From positions 288,001 to 352,000 of the forward strand of contig CAWAKC010000001.1 in NCBI GenBank assembly GCA_963782525.1: a stretch of 64,000 bases of DNA, read 5' to 3'. The position numbers and the translations under genes are program-made. Below are positions 1-10,706 of this stretch, in pieces. The notes beneath the pieces are model-generated. The model had not been told where the DNA came from and ran no database searches. It saw only the letters and a list, made by a program, of their open reading frames with translations. How positions within the stretch are numbered: the first letter of the stretch is position 1; the number at the start of each line of letters is the position of its first letter. The stretch comes from Candidatus Bathyarchaeota archaeon (GTDB taxonomy: Archaea > Thermoproteota > Bathyarchaeia > Bathyarchaeales > Bathycorpusculaceae).

Positions 1-114
1 TTTAGGTTCCAATATGGCTGTACACAAAAAAGCTTAAAGCCCCGTGAAGGCGATTAATCAGCTAAACTTCGAAGGGTAGCTGAGGGGATTTGTATAGTCA
101 ACGATCAAATTGGA

Positions 115-1002
115 ATGCGCGATAAAGTTGTTCTACGCATAAAAAGCGGCGTCTCAGCTCTACTAAAGCTTGGATTAATCAAGAAACCAAGGTACCACCC
201 ATATGGCGTAAGCTTTATTGTAGCCGTTAAAGATGAGGAACGATGGATTAAAAACCCTGTATTCAATCCATCCAAGATGTCGCCGATGAAATAATTGTTG
301 TTGACAGCTCTGTGGAAGACAACACTACCAAAATTGTGGAGTCTCTTGCGGCGCAAAACAGCAAAATCAAACATATTCGCTTCTATTGGGGTGGCTCAAA
401 CGCTTTCGCGTTGTCCCTGCATATTGGTCTTGTGAGTTCTAACTACAAGTGGGTTTTTAAATGGGACAGCGATCTCGTCGCAAAAAACACAGACGCATTA
501 AAAGAGTGGGTGGGTAGATTGAAACACTTGGATCAGGACAGGTACTATGTGATTGATGTTCCACGCATAAACCTTGAAGGCGACCTCCAGCATCAACCCA
601 AGAATATCCCGTTTGGGGCATACGAAGGAAGAATATTCACCTGGAGCCCAGAGCTAAGGTGGGGCCTAAAAAACAACTACTACGAGCAAGTTTCAGGCGA
701 CAGCATCTGGGGACACCGATTTCCCCCATGGTTCAACAACATAAGATGGCATGAACCATATATTTCCATTGCAACATCAAACCGCAAGGCGCATGTTGAT
801 GCGGGGATTTTGGGGGTACTACATGGTTCATAAAGAAATCCGTTTCAAAAACCTTGAGGAATACACTGCATATCGCGTTCGTAAGGACTGGAACATGAGT
901 ATGGAGGAAGCAGAAAAGAAAGCCATGGATGACCTTATGAAAGGTTTGGAGCCTTATGACAGAACACGATTTGGAGACTTGCCCAAGGTCCTAAATCAAT
1001 AA
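115..1002 (+). pseudogene. Family 2 glycosyltransferase, split by frameshifts (possibly sequencing indels)
   Basis: ATG115 frame gives GVSFIVAVKDEERWIK. It continues in the 312..833 frame as PCIQSIQDVADEIIVVDSS..FKWDSD (DxD), then in the 751..1002 frame. Frame switches fall at short homopolymers near 250-257 and 760-785. Confidence 0.75.
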
Positions 1003-1010
1003 ACGGCTAC

Positions 1011-1946
1011 CTATTTTGAGTTCTTTTCGTATATGCCCTGCGCCCTTTGGTAAACCTGCTCTTTTTTCCCAAAGTAAGTAGGACCCAAGCCTTCAACAAC
1101 ATATGAAGCAGCAGCGGAACCCACACATGCACACCACAACGACTCTTTTTGGCGCAGATACTCCGTTAAGAAACTCCCGATGAAAACGTCTCCTGCCCCT
1201 GTTGGGTCAACAAGCACTGTGGAAGGGCAAGCTGGTATGTTGTATTGGGCACCTTCAACGGAGAGCAAAGAACCTTTAGCGCCAACAGTTACAATAACGG
1301 TCTCAACTCCAACATCATGGATTGCTTTTACTGCAGGCTTAAGTTCAGATTCGCCGGTTAATGCGAAAATTTCATGCTCTGAACACTTGCAGATATTGAT
1401 TAAGCTGAAGATTCGGTAGTCAACGTTGGAGTTGTCAGTTACGTTTCCTTTTTCGTCGAAGCTTCGAAGCAAACCCTGCGGGTCAAGCGAGAGAATATCA
1501 GCGCAACTTTTGAGCCGCTCTACCAGTTCATATGGGATTTCATCGTCTATGGGAGCTATGTGGACGGCTTTCGCATGGAAGTCTTTGGGTACATCGTTTT
1601 GGCTCAATGTTGGTCCCCTGCTCTTAAGTTTTAATGTGCGTTCGGAGAGGTCTTTGCTGTAGGTTAACTCAAAACTGGTTGTGGGTTCAGAGGCATGTTT
1701 TGTGACGGCGGAGAGGTCGATGCCTTCTTGCTCCAACCACCATAGATAAGCTTGAGGAAAATTGCCGCCAACTCGGGAGATAACTGAAGTAGATGCATCC
1801 AGGCGTTTTGCAGCAAAGGATGTATAGGTTGCGGCGCCGCCTAAAATCATAAATGGCTTGGTTCTGCTTGAAAGGTTGATGGTGTCGATTGAGAAGTGTC
1901 CAACCACTGCGATGTCAATGTTTTGAGCAGCCATCTTTCTAATCAC
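1011..1946 (-). CDS. PfkB/ribokinase family carbohydrate kinase
   Basis: N-terminal VVGHFSID..GGAA and C-terminal VDPTGAGDVF signature. Confidence 0.9.
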   Translation of the reverse strand: MIRKMAAQNIDIAVVGHFSIDTINLSSRTKPFMILGGAATYTSFAAKRLDASTSVISRVGGNFPQAYLWWLEQEGIDLSAVTKHASEPTTSFELTYSKDLSERTLKLKSRGPTLSQNDVPKDFHAKAVHIAPIDDEIPYELVERLKSCADILSLDPQGLLRSFDEKGNVTDNSNVDYRIFSLINICKCSEHEIFALTGESELKPAVKAIHDVGVETVIVTVGAKGSLLSVEGAQYNIPACPSTVLVDPTGAGDVFIGSFLTEYLRQKESLWCACVGSAAASYVVEGLGPTYFGKKEQVYQRAQGIYEKNSK

Positions 1947-2073
1947 TTTGAATATTTAATTCAGGTCATATATAGCATTAGCTCATTCCCAAAAACTAAA
2001 CGCCCAATCGGAAGATTTATTTTTAGTTTTTTGGGCGAATAAGTTTTAATAACTTTAAAGTGTCAGGGGGTTT

Positions 2074-2139
2074 GGCTATGGCATTAGCCGTGGCATCTGC
2101 CAGAACCGCAGCCGAGAAGGATGCTGATAATGCCTACCT
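2074..2139 (+). ncRNA. Fluoride (crcB-motif) riboswitch
   Basis: GGCTATGGCATTAGCC...AACCGC...GCTGATAATGCCTAC. GGCATTA/TAATGCC can form the pseudoknot. Lies directly upstream of crcB. Confidence 0.85.
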
Positions 2140-2160
2140 GCAAAATGGAAGGTAAGCAAA

Positions 2161-2550
2161 ATGAAGTGGATTGAATTCGTCCCCTTGGCAGTCGGCGCGG
2201 TAATTGGAGCTTTTTTACGTTACAAGCTTATCGAGTCACCTGTAGCAGTTTACGGTTTACCCGTCAACGTTTTAATTGTGAATGTTTTGGGCAGTTTTAT
2301 TTTGGGATTATTTTCGGTTCTCTCGATTGGGTTAAACTTTGAACCCCAATACACTTTGCTTGTGGCGGTTGGGTTCTGCGGTTCCTTCACCACCATGTCT
2401 TCCTTCGCATTAGAAACCAGCAACCTCGCCGATGCAAACCGTTTTAGCCTAATGGCACTTAATATTTTAACAAACGTCGGCTTGTCGCTGGGAGCTGTGT
2501 TTGGCGGCAGACTACTCGGTGACGAAATTATAGCGAGGTCTATGCGTTGA
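2161..2550 (+). CDS. crcB: Fluc/CrcB fluoride channel
   Basis: GAxxGAxLRY, NVLGSFILG and GFCGSFTTMSSF motifs; 4 TM segments. Confidence 0.95.
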   Translation: MKWIEFVPLAVGAVIGAFLRYKLIESPVAVYGLPVNVLIVNVLGSFILGLFSVLSIGLNFEPQYTLLVAVGFCGSFTTMSSFALETSNLADANRFSLMALNILTNVGLSLGAVFGGRLLGDEIIARSMR

Positions 2551-2858
2551 GACAAAAAATGTGGAATCTTACAATAAGAATTAAGAAAAATGATGAGGTG
2601 GGAGGCAAACGTCTTCAGGCGTTAATCATGGATTGCCTCTTGAAAGCACACATCGAAGGAGCCACCGTTTGGACTGGTGTGAATGGGTTTGGTAAACGTG
2701 GAAAATCTACGTTGCATCTTGAAGGTGTATCAGTAAATATGCCTTTGATTATCGAAGTTGTTGATGAGCAAGCAAAGCTTGAACCGTTGCTGCCTGACCT
2801 GAAAATGATCGTGGGCGACAACGGTTTAGTAACCATACAGGAAACATACGTCATCTAA
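2547..2858 (+). CDS. DUF190 (PII-like) protein
   Basis: GATVWTGVNGFG and PLIIEVVD motifs; usual crcB neighbour; TTG start overlaps the crcB stop. Confidence 0.85.
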   Translation: MRQKMWNLTIRIKKNDEVGGKRLQALIMDCLLKAHIEGATVWTGVNGFGKRGKSTLHLEGVSVNMPLIIEVVDEQAKLEPLLPDLKMIVGDNGLVTIQETYVI

Positions 2859-2915
2859 AAGCTCAGTTAGGACTGATAGTTTCGCAAAGCAACCGAGTGC
2901 ACCATTGCATGAAGG

Positions 2916-3329
2916 TTATGGTAGCGGTTTATATGTTAAAGCGATTATGCCGCCGACTATTCCGAAGACTGCGCCAACGAAGTACCCACCCATACCAACA
3001 AAGCTCACAGCGGAAAACGCTACGATGACGACGCCCCAAATGAAATGTTCTTCTGGATGAATCCGCAGAACGAGAGCAGCTATCACTACAATTACGCCAC
3101 AAACGAGACTTACTACGGAGACTGCTGTGAAGAAATTTGTGGAGCTGGCGTAGTTTCCCATAAAGTTGTGGTAACCATCCATCGCTCCGCGCATATAGCT
3201 GCCAAAGGCTCCTGTGGTTGAGGCGCCTGAACCAAACCATACAAGGTTTACTAAGCTAATTATGAGGACGATTAATCCTCCGACCAGCGACATCACATAC
3301 GAGAGTGTAACTCCTTGTCTTGTACTCAT
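2916..3329 (-). CDS. Small membrane protein
   Basis: About 4 hydrophobic segments; ends GAVFGIVGGIIAL; GGAGGTG SD upstream. Confidence 0.7.
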   Translation of the reverse strand: MSTRQGVTLSYVMSLVGGLIVLIISLVNLVWFGSGASTTGAFGSYMRGAMDGYHNFMGNYASSTNFFTAVSVVSLVCGVIVVIAALVLRIHPEEHFIWGVVIVAFSAVSFVGMGGYFVGAVFGIVGGIIALTYKPLP

Positions 3330-3341
3330 TTCAACACCTCC

Positions 3342-5120
3342 TTACAGGAATCTCCTCGGATCAGTATCAATATCTACGATTGCAGGTTTACCTGATTTGA
3401 GGGCTGTTTCGACTGCTCCTTCAAGCTGACCTGGCTCAGTAACTTTTATGCCTAAGCCTCCTGAGAGCTCAGCGAAATCAGCGAAGCTGAAGTCATGAAG
3501 ATCAGTTTGCGAAATCTCATAGCCCTCCACTTTTTGCTCTTGCATAATCATCCCCAAATGTTTGTTGTTCATGACAAACACTTTTACGGGCAAATTGTAC
3601 TTGAGCGCCGTCAAGAAATCGCCCAGAACCATCGTTAATCCGCCATCACCCGTTAAACAAACGATTTGCCGTTCAGGATAAGCCAGCGCTGCCGCCAAAG
3701 CTCCAGGCAAACCAAAACCCATTGTAGCCAAACCCCCACTCATCACCAGCTTCTGAGTTTTCTTCATGGCGAAGTTGCGACCAAACCACCAGCAGTTCTC
3801 ACCAACATCCAGCGAAATGACGGCATTGTCTGCAATTTTTTTGTTTAAAACCTCAATTATATACTGTGGTCTAATTGGTTTTATGTTTGCGTCAGCTTCT
3901 TTTTCCAACTGGTTTAGCCATTCCTGTTTTAATGCTTCAACTTCAGAAAGGTATTTTGCATTTTCTTTTTTCTGAACTTTCTCTGTTAACTTGGGAATCA
4001 GCACTGCGCTGTTACCCAGCAACGCCACCTCGGCGGGGTACCTGCGGGCAATCATAAGCGGGTTAATATCGATTTGCACCATGCGTTTCTTTGGAATCAG
4101 GGATAGATCCGAGAACGAAGAGCCGATAGCTATGAGCAAATCTGTTTTCTCCATGAGTTGCCCTGCCGCAGTTGAACCGACACCACCATGACAACCAACA
4201 TAAAGCGGCTCACTGTCGTCAACGAGCCCCTTTGCTCGGAAAGTCGAAATAATTGGGGCGCCAACTTTCGTCGCTAACTTTAGCAGTTTGGTTCCTTGTC
4301 CCCTACAGCCGAAACCCATCAAAATTACTGGTCTGTTGGCCGAATCGATGACTTTTGCAGCATTCTCAATCACCCAGTCTTCCTGTCCATAAGCGAGGTT
4401 GGGCATTCTGCCTTCAAACGGCAATATCTCCGCTTCATACGGCAACTTTTGTACATCATTGGGTATACCGATATGGGCGACACCCTGGTCGAGGAGCGCA
4501 TGTTTAATCGCCAAGGTAGCCAGAGACGTGGTTTGATCTTCCGTCATTAGGGTTTTGTTGTAGACGCTTAATGGTTCAAAGAATGCTTGATGGTCAATTT
4601 CCTGTAGTGCGCCTTGCCCCATGAGTTTGCGTGGAACCATCCCCGTTAAGGCTAAGACTGGCGCATGGTCGAGTTGAGCATCATATAAGCCTGTGGCTAA
4701 GTTGGTTGTGCCCGGTCCAGAAATGCTTAAAGTAGCCGCCACATGCCCTGTTAATTTGCCGTATGCTGAAGCCATAAACGCTGCCGTTTCCTCGTGGCGG
4801 ACTTGTATGTATTGTATTTTGCCGTTGCTCTTGCGTATAGCATCAACCACACCCAAAGTTGAAGTGCCGGGAATGCCGAAAACATACTTAACTCCCCACT
4901 CAGCAATCTGATTAATTAGCACCTCAGAAACCGTATGCACCGTCTTCTTTTCTTCCACCTGCTTTTCGTCTGCCTTTTCAGTTAAGAGTACAAAAGCTGA
5001 TTTGGGTGCTCCACAAACGGGGCAAACCCATTCTTTGGGTAAATCACTAAACTTTACTTTTTCTTTTGCGTCGTTATAAACCCAATTGCAGACTGTACAC
5101 CTGTATTTCGCCATAAACAA
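3342..5120 (-). CDS. Rubredoxin-fused thiamine pyrophosphate enzyme (pyruvate oxidase/acetolactate synthase-like)
   Basis: N-terminal [18 protein letters not shown] rubredoxin; [11 protein letters not shown]; GDGG..NN TPP motif. Confidence 0.88.
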   Translation of the reverse strand: MFMAKYRCTVCNWVYNDAKEKVKFSDLPKEWVCPVCGAPKSAFVLLTEKADEKQVEEKKTVHTVSEVLINQIAEWGVKYVFGIPGTSTLGVVDAIRKSNGKIQYIQVRHEETAAFMASAYGKLTGHVAATLSISGPGTTNLATGLYDAQLDHAPVLALTGMVPRKLMGQGALQEIDHQAFFEPLSVYNKTLMTEDQTTSLATLAIKHALLDQGVAHIGIPNDVQKLPYEAEILPFEGRMPNLAYGQEDWVIENAAKVIDSANRPVILMGFGCRGQGTKLLKLATKVGAPIISTFRAKGLVDDSEPLYVGCHGGVGSTAAGQLMEKTDLLIAIGSSFSDLSLIPKKRMVQIDINPLMIARRYPAEVALLGNSAVLIPKLTEKVQKKENAKYLSEVEALKQEWLNQLEKEADANIKPIRPQYIIEVLNKKIADNAVISLDVGENCWWFGRNFAMKKTQKLVMSGGLATMGFGLPGALAAALAYPERQIVCLTGDGGLTMVLGDFLTALKYNLPVKVFVMNNKHLGMIMQEQKVEGYEISQTDLHDFSFADFAELSGGLGIKVTEPGQLEGAVETALKSGKPAIVDIDTDPRRFL

Positions 5121-5232
5121 ACCTTCAAAAGCGTTAAAGAAATCTAATCCGTTCCGGCTTTATCTGCTTATTGGAACACAGAAAAATCGAACATTTTTAT
5201 AAACCCATCAACCAACTAATTAACTGTAAGAG

Positions 5233-6174
5233 ATGCCATTTATGGAGAACTGGGATGTCATAATCATCGGTGCTGGCTCAGCAGGGCTAGCCGCAGGAAT
5301 CTACACAGTCCGCAGTGGATTAAAAACCTTAATTTTGGATGAAAAATTACCTGGCGGCACAATATCCGATGCCTCAACCGTTGTGAATTATCCTGGATTT
5401 GCTGAAATCAGCGGCGGAGAACTCGCAGAAAAAATGACTGACCACTGCAGAAAAGTGGGCGCAGTAATCCATGAGCTGGAACCCGTCACCGAACTGGACA
5501 TTACGGGTGAAAAGAAAATTGTTAAAACATCCAACGCCACATACGAAGCTAAAACAGTAATATTCTCAATGGGTTCACACTACAAGGAAATCGGCATCAA
5601 AGGCGAAAAGGAATTCCGGGGAAGAGGCGTAAGTTACTGTGGCGTTTGTGATGGACCGTTTTTTAAGGGCAAAAAAGTGTTGGTCATCGGCGGGGGTAAC
5701 TCTGCCTGCATCACCACGCTTTACCTTTCAGGTCTTGCTGCCCAGGTCACGGTGATTCATAGGCGGGAAGCATTCAGAGCTGAAGAAACCTTAGTGTCCG
5801 ATATCGCGTCGAGAGATAATGTAAAAACTCTTTGGAATACTGAAGCCCAAGAAATTAAGGGCGACAAACAAGTAAGAACTGTAACTCTATTCGATAACAT
5901 AACCAATCAAACAAGCGAATTAGCTGTAGATGCAGTTTTTGTGCAGGTTGGCGAGGCCCCTAACAGTCAAATCGCCAAAGCCAGTGGTGTTGAAACAGAC
6001 GAGCATGGCTACATCAAAATAGACATCAACCAAAAAACTAATCTGCCCGGAGTGTATGCGGCAGGCGACGTAACCAACCACCCCATCAAGCAAGTGGGTA
6101 CAGCGGTGGGGCAAGGTATAACGGCTGCTTTGGAAGCGTACGGTTACATTAGACGACCGTATTACAAAAAATAG
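5233..6174 (+). CDS. trxB: Thioredoxin reductase
   Basis: GAGSAG, GVSYCGVCDG (CxxC), GGGNSA, GVYAAGD. Confidence 0.92.
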   Translation: MPFMENWDVIIIGAGSAGLAAGIYTVRSGLKTLILDEKLPGGTISDASTVVNYPGFAEISGGELAEKMTDHCRKVGAVIHELEPVTELDITGEKKIVKTSNATYEAKTVIFSMGSHYKEIGIKGEKEFRGRGVSYCGVCDGPFFKGKKVLVIGGGNSACITTLYLSGLAAQVTVIHRREAFRAEETLVSDIASRDNVKTLWNTEAQEIKGDKQVRTVTLFDNITNQTSELAVDAVFVQVGEAPNSQIAKASGVETDEHGYIKIDINQKTNLPGVYAAGDVTNHPIKQVGTAVGQGITAALEAYGYIRRPYYKK

Positions 6175-6278
6175 AGAGAAACAATTATATCATTCTGAAA
6201 CTCTTTTCGCTTCGATTAGCTTAAGCGATTATGCTAAAGCGTTAAAGTAACAGCGGAAACGCAGAAAAGGGTTTACAA

Positions 6279-7502
6279 ATGAGTGAAAAATGTCTCGCTG
6301 TGGTTGAAATCGACCAAGACTTATGTAGCCGATGTTATGTCTGCAAATCAATCTGTCCCTATGAAGCCATAAAAGCGGATTCGACGGGCAAAGTTGAAAT
6401 AAACAGTCAAGATTGCCAGGTTTGTGGCATCTGCTACAGTGCTTGTCCTTCTGCAGCTATAAAAATGCAGTATTACAATTACGATAACCTAACAGAATAC
6501 CTCAAGAAGGAACAGGTCAAAGCCAAAAACGTTGATACGTTGGTTTTGATGTGTCGGGGAAACTCGCCTTCCACGGGGGAAGTTCAAGATATCCTCAAAG
6601 GCCAAGGACTTAAAGTTGATAACTACATGGCTATGCGTTTGCCCTGTGCAGGTCGAGTTCCAACGGACTTTGTGTTTGAAGCTCTCAATTTAGGCGTAAA
6701 GAACATTGTTTCTATCCAGTGTGAAGATCCATTCTGTCGCTACAAAGAAGGAACAAAAATTAACACCCGAAGACTGGCTTTAGCAAAGAATGTTCTAAAA
6801 CAGTTAGGCTTCGAAGAGAACGCAGTTAGAGTTGTAAAATTCTCACGCAAAGCAGTCTACGATGTACAAGCATGTGTGGGATGTGACAAATGCATCTTCA
6901 TCTGCCCATACGGTGCTCTAGAATTCGAATCCTTCGCCACCCCAAAAGTTAACGAAGAAAAATGCGTAGGATGCGGTGCATGCCAACTGGTTTGTCCACA
7001 CCACGCCATACAAGTGAAAGGCTTCGAGTTCGAAGACGTAGTAGACCGCTACGGCAAATCACTCGAGCAACTAAAAGCCAAAGGCAAGGGTCCAGCAGTC
7101 CTTGCATTCGTCTGTCAATGGTCAGAGTTCTCAGCGTTAGACAACCCCAACAAGGCGTTTGAAGGCAAAAACGTCTTAGCCCTTGAAGTTCCATGCTTCA
7201 AATCCCTCGACCCCGTTCACATCATAAACGCCTTAAACTGCGGCTTCGATGGCGTCATGGGAGTAGTCTGCTCAGCTAAAGACTGCAAACTCCAAGAAGG
7301 AAGAGACACAGCCGAACGCAACATAGCAGCTTTGAAAGTAGCACTCAAAAAATTGGGTTTGCTCGATCGATTTGAGCTATACGAGGAATCACCCAGATGC
7401 GCAGGCGAATTCGAGACAAAACTCGATGAATTCTACAAGAAAATTTCTGCTTTACCCAAACGTGAAGTAACTGTGGAGGCGACCGCAAAACGTACAAAAT
7501 AG
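6279..7502 (+). CDS. Polyferredoxin with two MvhD/FlpD-like 2Fe-2S domains
   Basis: Four CxxCxxCxxxCP motifs in two pairs, each pair followed by an MvhD-like unit (RLPCAGRV..CEDPFCRY; EVPCFKSL..CSAKDCK). Confidence 0.8.
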   Translation: MSEKCLAVVEIDQDLCSRCYVCKSICPYEAIKADSTGKVEINSQDCQVCGICYSACPSAAIKMQYYNYDNLTEYLKKEQVKAKNVDTLVLMCRGNSPSTGEVQDILKGQGLKVDNYMAMRLPCAGRVPTDFVFEALNLGVKNIVSIQCEDPFCRYKEGTKINTRRLALAKNVLKQLGFEENAVRVVKFSRKAVYDVQACVGCDKCIFICPYGALEFESFATPKVNEEKCVGCGACQLVCPHHAIQVKGFEFEDVVDRYGKSLEQLKAKGKGPAVLAFVCQWSEFSALDNPNKAFEGKNVLALEVPCFKSLDPVHIINALNCGFDGVMGVVCSAKDCKLQEGRDTAERNIAALKVALKKLGLLDRFELYEESPRCAGEFETKLDEFYKKISALPKREVTVEATAKRTK

Positions 7503-8335
7503 TTTCAAAAACAGAATTAGTTCCCAAGATAAAACTCTTTGAAGTAGACGCTCCAGACGTTGCGGCTAAATCGCACGCTGGCCAATTCCTAATCGTAATC
7601 CATGGCAAAAAAGGCGAACGCATACCCTTAACCATCTGCGGCTACGACACAAACAAGGGCACGGTTTCGTTTGCATTCCATGAAGTCGGCAAAACCACCA
7701 AAGATCTGGGTTTGCTAAACCAAGGCGAATGCGTCGACAACGTTACTGGTCCACTGGGCAACCCGTCTGAAGTCAAAAACTTCGGCAAAGTGCTCTGTGT
7801 AGGCGGAAGCGTAATGATTGCACCCTTGTTGTTGCAAGTTAAAGCAATGAAGGAAGCAGGCAACAAAGTCACCACAGTTCTTGGTGCACGTACAAAAGAA
7901 TTCATCATGATGGAGAATGAAGCCAATACATTGAGCGAAAAAGTCTACGTTGCAACAGACGATGGCTCGAAAGGCTACAAAGGCTTAGATTTCCTCAAAG
8001 AACTACTCAAAACAGAAAAGTTTGACCGCTGCGTCGTCATGGGTCCAGTTATCCTGATGAAAGATGTTAGCGAGATCACCAAACCCTACAACATACCCAC
8101 AATCGTCACCTTAACGCCAATAATGATTGATGGTATGGGTATGTGTGGAGTCTGTCGAGTTACAGTAGGCGGCAAAATGATGTTCGGTTGCGTGGACGGA
8201 CCAGAATTTGACGGCCACCAAACAGATTTTGACGAATTAATTCTACGTCAACGAACCATGCTTCCTGAAGAAAGGTTAAGTTCAGTTCTATCGGAAATGA
8301 GTGGAGGTTGCAAGTGTGGCAGAAACAAAGCCTAA
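7490..8335 (+). CDS. NfnA/SudB-like FAD/NAD-binding 2Fe-2S subunit
   Basis: Frame open from 7466: YKIVSK..AGQFLIV..GERIPLTI..GPLGNP; C-terminal DGMGMCGVC..CVDGPEFD. No ATG/GTG/TTG before the conserved N-terminus; ACG at 7490. Confidence 0.88.
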   Translation, partial: TYKIVSKTELVPKIKLFEVDAPDVAAKSHAGQFLIVIHGKKGERIPLTICGYDTNKGTVSFAFHEVGKTTKDLGLLNQGECVDNVTGPLGNPSEVKNFGKVLCVGGSVMIAPLLLQVKAMKEAGNKVTTVLGARTKEFIMMENEANTLSEKVYVATDDGSKGYKGLDFLKELLKTEKFDRCVVMGPVILMKDVSEITKPYNIPTIVTLTPIMIDGMGMCGVCRVTVGGKMMFGCVDGPEFDGHQTDFDELILRQRTMLPEERLSSVLSEMSGGCKCGRNKA

Positions 8336-9725
8336 ACCAAAGTTGAATAGAAAAGCTGTAGAGATGGCTAAGCAAGAGCCGAAAGTTCGCAATAAAAATT
8401 TCAGTGAAGTTGCTTTAGGTTACACTGAAGCAGAAGCCCAAGAAGAGGCAAGCAGGTGCCTGTGCTGCCCGAATCCGCAATGCAGAACCGGTTGCCCCGT
8501 TGAAGTGCCGATTCCAACATTCATCAAATGCATCAAAGAAAAGAAGTACGCTGAAGGCATCGCAGCCATCAAAAGCAAGAACGCCCTGCCAGCCGTTTGT
8601 GGACGCGTTTGTCCTCAAGAAGTACAATGTCAAGCTAAATGCGTTATCGGAAAGATGGGTGAACCCATAAGCATCGGACGCTTAGAACGTTTTCTCGCAG
8701 ACTGGGAACGCGACAACGGAACCACAATTCCGCCTAAAGAACCCCCAACGGGTAAAAAAGTTGCTGTTATCGGAGCAGGTCCGGCAGGATTAACCGTTGC
8801 AGCAGACCTCGTTAAGCTCGGACACGAAATCACCATGTTCGAAGCGCTACACGTAGGCGGCGGAGTGCTTTCGTATGGTATCCCAGAGTTCCGTTTACCC
8901 AAAGCCATTGTGCAAAACGAAGTTAACTACGTCCAAAGACTCGGTGTTGACTTACGTTTGGGCAACTTGGTCGGCAGAATACATACCATTCCAGAACTTA
9001 TGAAAAACGGTTACGACGCAGTGTTCATCGGTAGCGGCGCAGGTTTACCACAGTTTACTGGTTGCAAAGGCGAAAACCTAGGCGGCATCTACTCAGCCAA
9101 CGAATTCCTCATCCGCGTTAACCTTATGAAAGCCTACCTCTTCCCAGAATATGACACACCTATCCGCCTCGGTAAACACGTCGTTGTTATCGGCGGCGGA
9201 AACGTCGCTATGGACTGTGCAAGAAGTAGCATGCGCTTAGGATCAGACGTTTGTTTGCTATACAGACGTTCACGCGACGAATTACCAGCAAGAAGCGAAG
9301 AAATCGAGAACGCAGAAGAAGAAGGCTTAGTCTGCAAATTCTTAGCGGCCCCAATGGAATTTTATGGCGACGAAAAAGGATGGGTAAAAGCTATGAAATG
9401 CATCGCAATGGAACTTGGTGAACCCGACGCTAAAGGCAGGAGAAGTGTTAAAGAGATTCCAGGCAGCGAATTCACAATGGACGTCGACACAGTCATCATC
9501 GCCATCGGACAAACACCCAACCCCATCATTCAACGCACAACAGGCGGCTTACAAAGCGACCCAAGACACGGAACCATATGCGTCAACGAAGTTGGCAAAA
9601 CCAGCTTAGACGGCGTTTACGCAGGCGGAGACGTCGCAACAGGCGCAGCAACAGTCATCAGCGCAATGGGCGCAGGCAAACGAGCAGCCAAAGCGATGCA
9701 TGAATACCTAATCAACAAAAAATAA
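8301..9725 (+). CDS. NfnB/SudA (GltD-like) flavo-iron-sulfur subunit
   Basis: EASRCLCC..CRTGCPV, CGRVCPQE, GAGPAG, GGGNVAMD. Likely start is GTG 8316 after GGAGG. Confidence 0.92.
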   Translation: MEVASVAETKPKPKLNRKAVEMAKQEPKVRNKNFSEVALGYTEAEAQEEASRCLCCPNPQCRTGCPVEVPIPTFIKCIKEKKYAEGIAAIKSKNALPAVCGRVCPQEVQCQAKCVIGKMGEPISIGRLERFLADWERDNGTTIPPKEPPTGKKVAVIGAGPAGLTVAADLVKLGHEITMFEALHVGGGVLSYGIPEFRLPKAIVQNEVNYVQRLGVDLRLGNLVGRIHTIPELMKNGYDAVFIGSGAGLPQFTGCKGENLGGIYSANEFLIRVNLMKAYLFPEYDTPIRLGKHVVVIGGGNVAMDCARSSMRLGSDVCLLYRRSRDELPARSEEIENAEEEGLVCKFLAAPMEFYGDEKGWVKAMKCIAMELGEPDAKGRRSVKEIPGSEFTMDVDTVIIAIGQTPNPIIQRTTGGLQSDPRHGTICVNEVGKTSLDGVYAGGDVATGAATVISAMGAGKRAAKAMHEYLINKK

Positions 9726-10706
9726 GTTAGTCTCTTTTTGAGACTTCTCTTTTAATTTTTTTACTTGATTTTTACTCTTGTAAGTAATCATTAGAAGCAC
9801 CACTATCGCGTATGCTGCTAGGGCAGCTATCAAGATAGGTACAACTAGCACGTTTTGTGAGGAATCGGTTTTCAGTGTAGACAATTGGTTCGATTGTGTT
9901 GAGTTGTCATTTGTGGACATTGTGGTTGAAGAAGTGAAGTTTTCCTGTGTTGCTGTAATCGAGACTGGAGTAGGAGTGGCTGCTTGTTGTTCACTGTCTG
10001 TTTTTCCCGTGGGGTTCATTGCTCGTTCGTCTTGCAGGTTATAGAGGACACCGTTGTGGTCAAAAGACAAGAGAACCTGACCAGTCAGTATGCCGCTTTT
10101 CGTTAACATCCAGTGAAAGCTGATCGAAAAACTTGAATTTGACCCAATGGGCACCGGCATGCCATTCACATTTTGCGAACCAATTATATCTGGAAACTTA
10201 GATATGGTTAGGTTTACGCCGTCCAAATTAACATTCGTTGTCTCGTTGTCTTTTACAAGGTTCAGCGTGTTTAAAAGACTGGTTGAATCAAGTCCAGTCT
10301 GTTGCTGATGCGCAAGCAGAATCCGTGTAGCAACATCTTCTAGGCGTGTGTAGGTTCTGTCGGCGGCTGGGGTGCCTGTCGGTCTTACGCCGCACTGGTG
10401 CAAAGCGCCGTTAACATATAGACAGACAATGTGGATTGTGCTGTCGTCAGATTTTAGGTCAATGTCAACTGCTTGAGTGATGGTTGAGTCATTTGTGCCT
10501 GAGGGAAGAGAATATGCGTTGCCGACAGTAATGTTATAGTGGCTTATGTCCAAGGGAAGAACGCTCTTTACATAGGTGAGAGCTTTGGTCTCAAGCTGAA
10601 CAGCCGTTTGGGAATACACTAATTGGTAAGGCTGAACAGACAAAATCAAGATAGCTAAAATAACCGATGAAATGGCAATCGTTAGAGTCCTCATGATTCG
10701 CACCAT
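9708..10706 (-). CDS. Secreted, C-terminally anchored hypothetical protein
   Basis: Signal peptide, Ser/Thr-rich linker, C-terminal TM and basic tail. Confidence 0.7.
   Translation of the reverse strand: MVRIMRTLTIAISSVILAILILSVQPYQLVYSQTAVQLETKALTYVKSVLPLDISHYNITVGNAYSLPSGTNDSTITQAVDIDLKSDDSTIHIVCLYVNGALHQCGVRPTGTPAADRTYTRLEDVATRILLAHQQQTGLDSTSLLNTLNLVKDNETTNVNLDGVNLTISKFPDIIGSQNVNGMPVPIGSNSSFSISFHWMLTKSGILTGQVLLSFDHNGVLYNLQDERAMNPTGKTDSEQQAATPTPVSITATQENFTSSTTMSTNDNSTQSNQLSTLKTDSSQNVLVVPILIAALAAYAIVVLLMITYKSKNQVKKLKEKSQKETNLFFVD

Noticed and set aside
240-790. Programmed frameshifting or phase variation in the GT2 gene
   Set aside because: There are several shifts at short 2-5 nt runs near the window edge; assembly indels are the simpler explanation.
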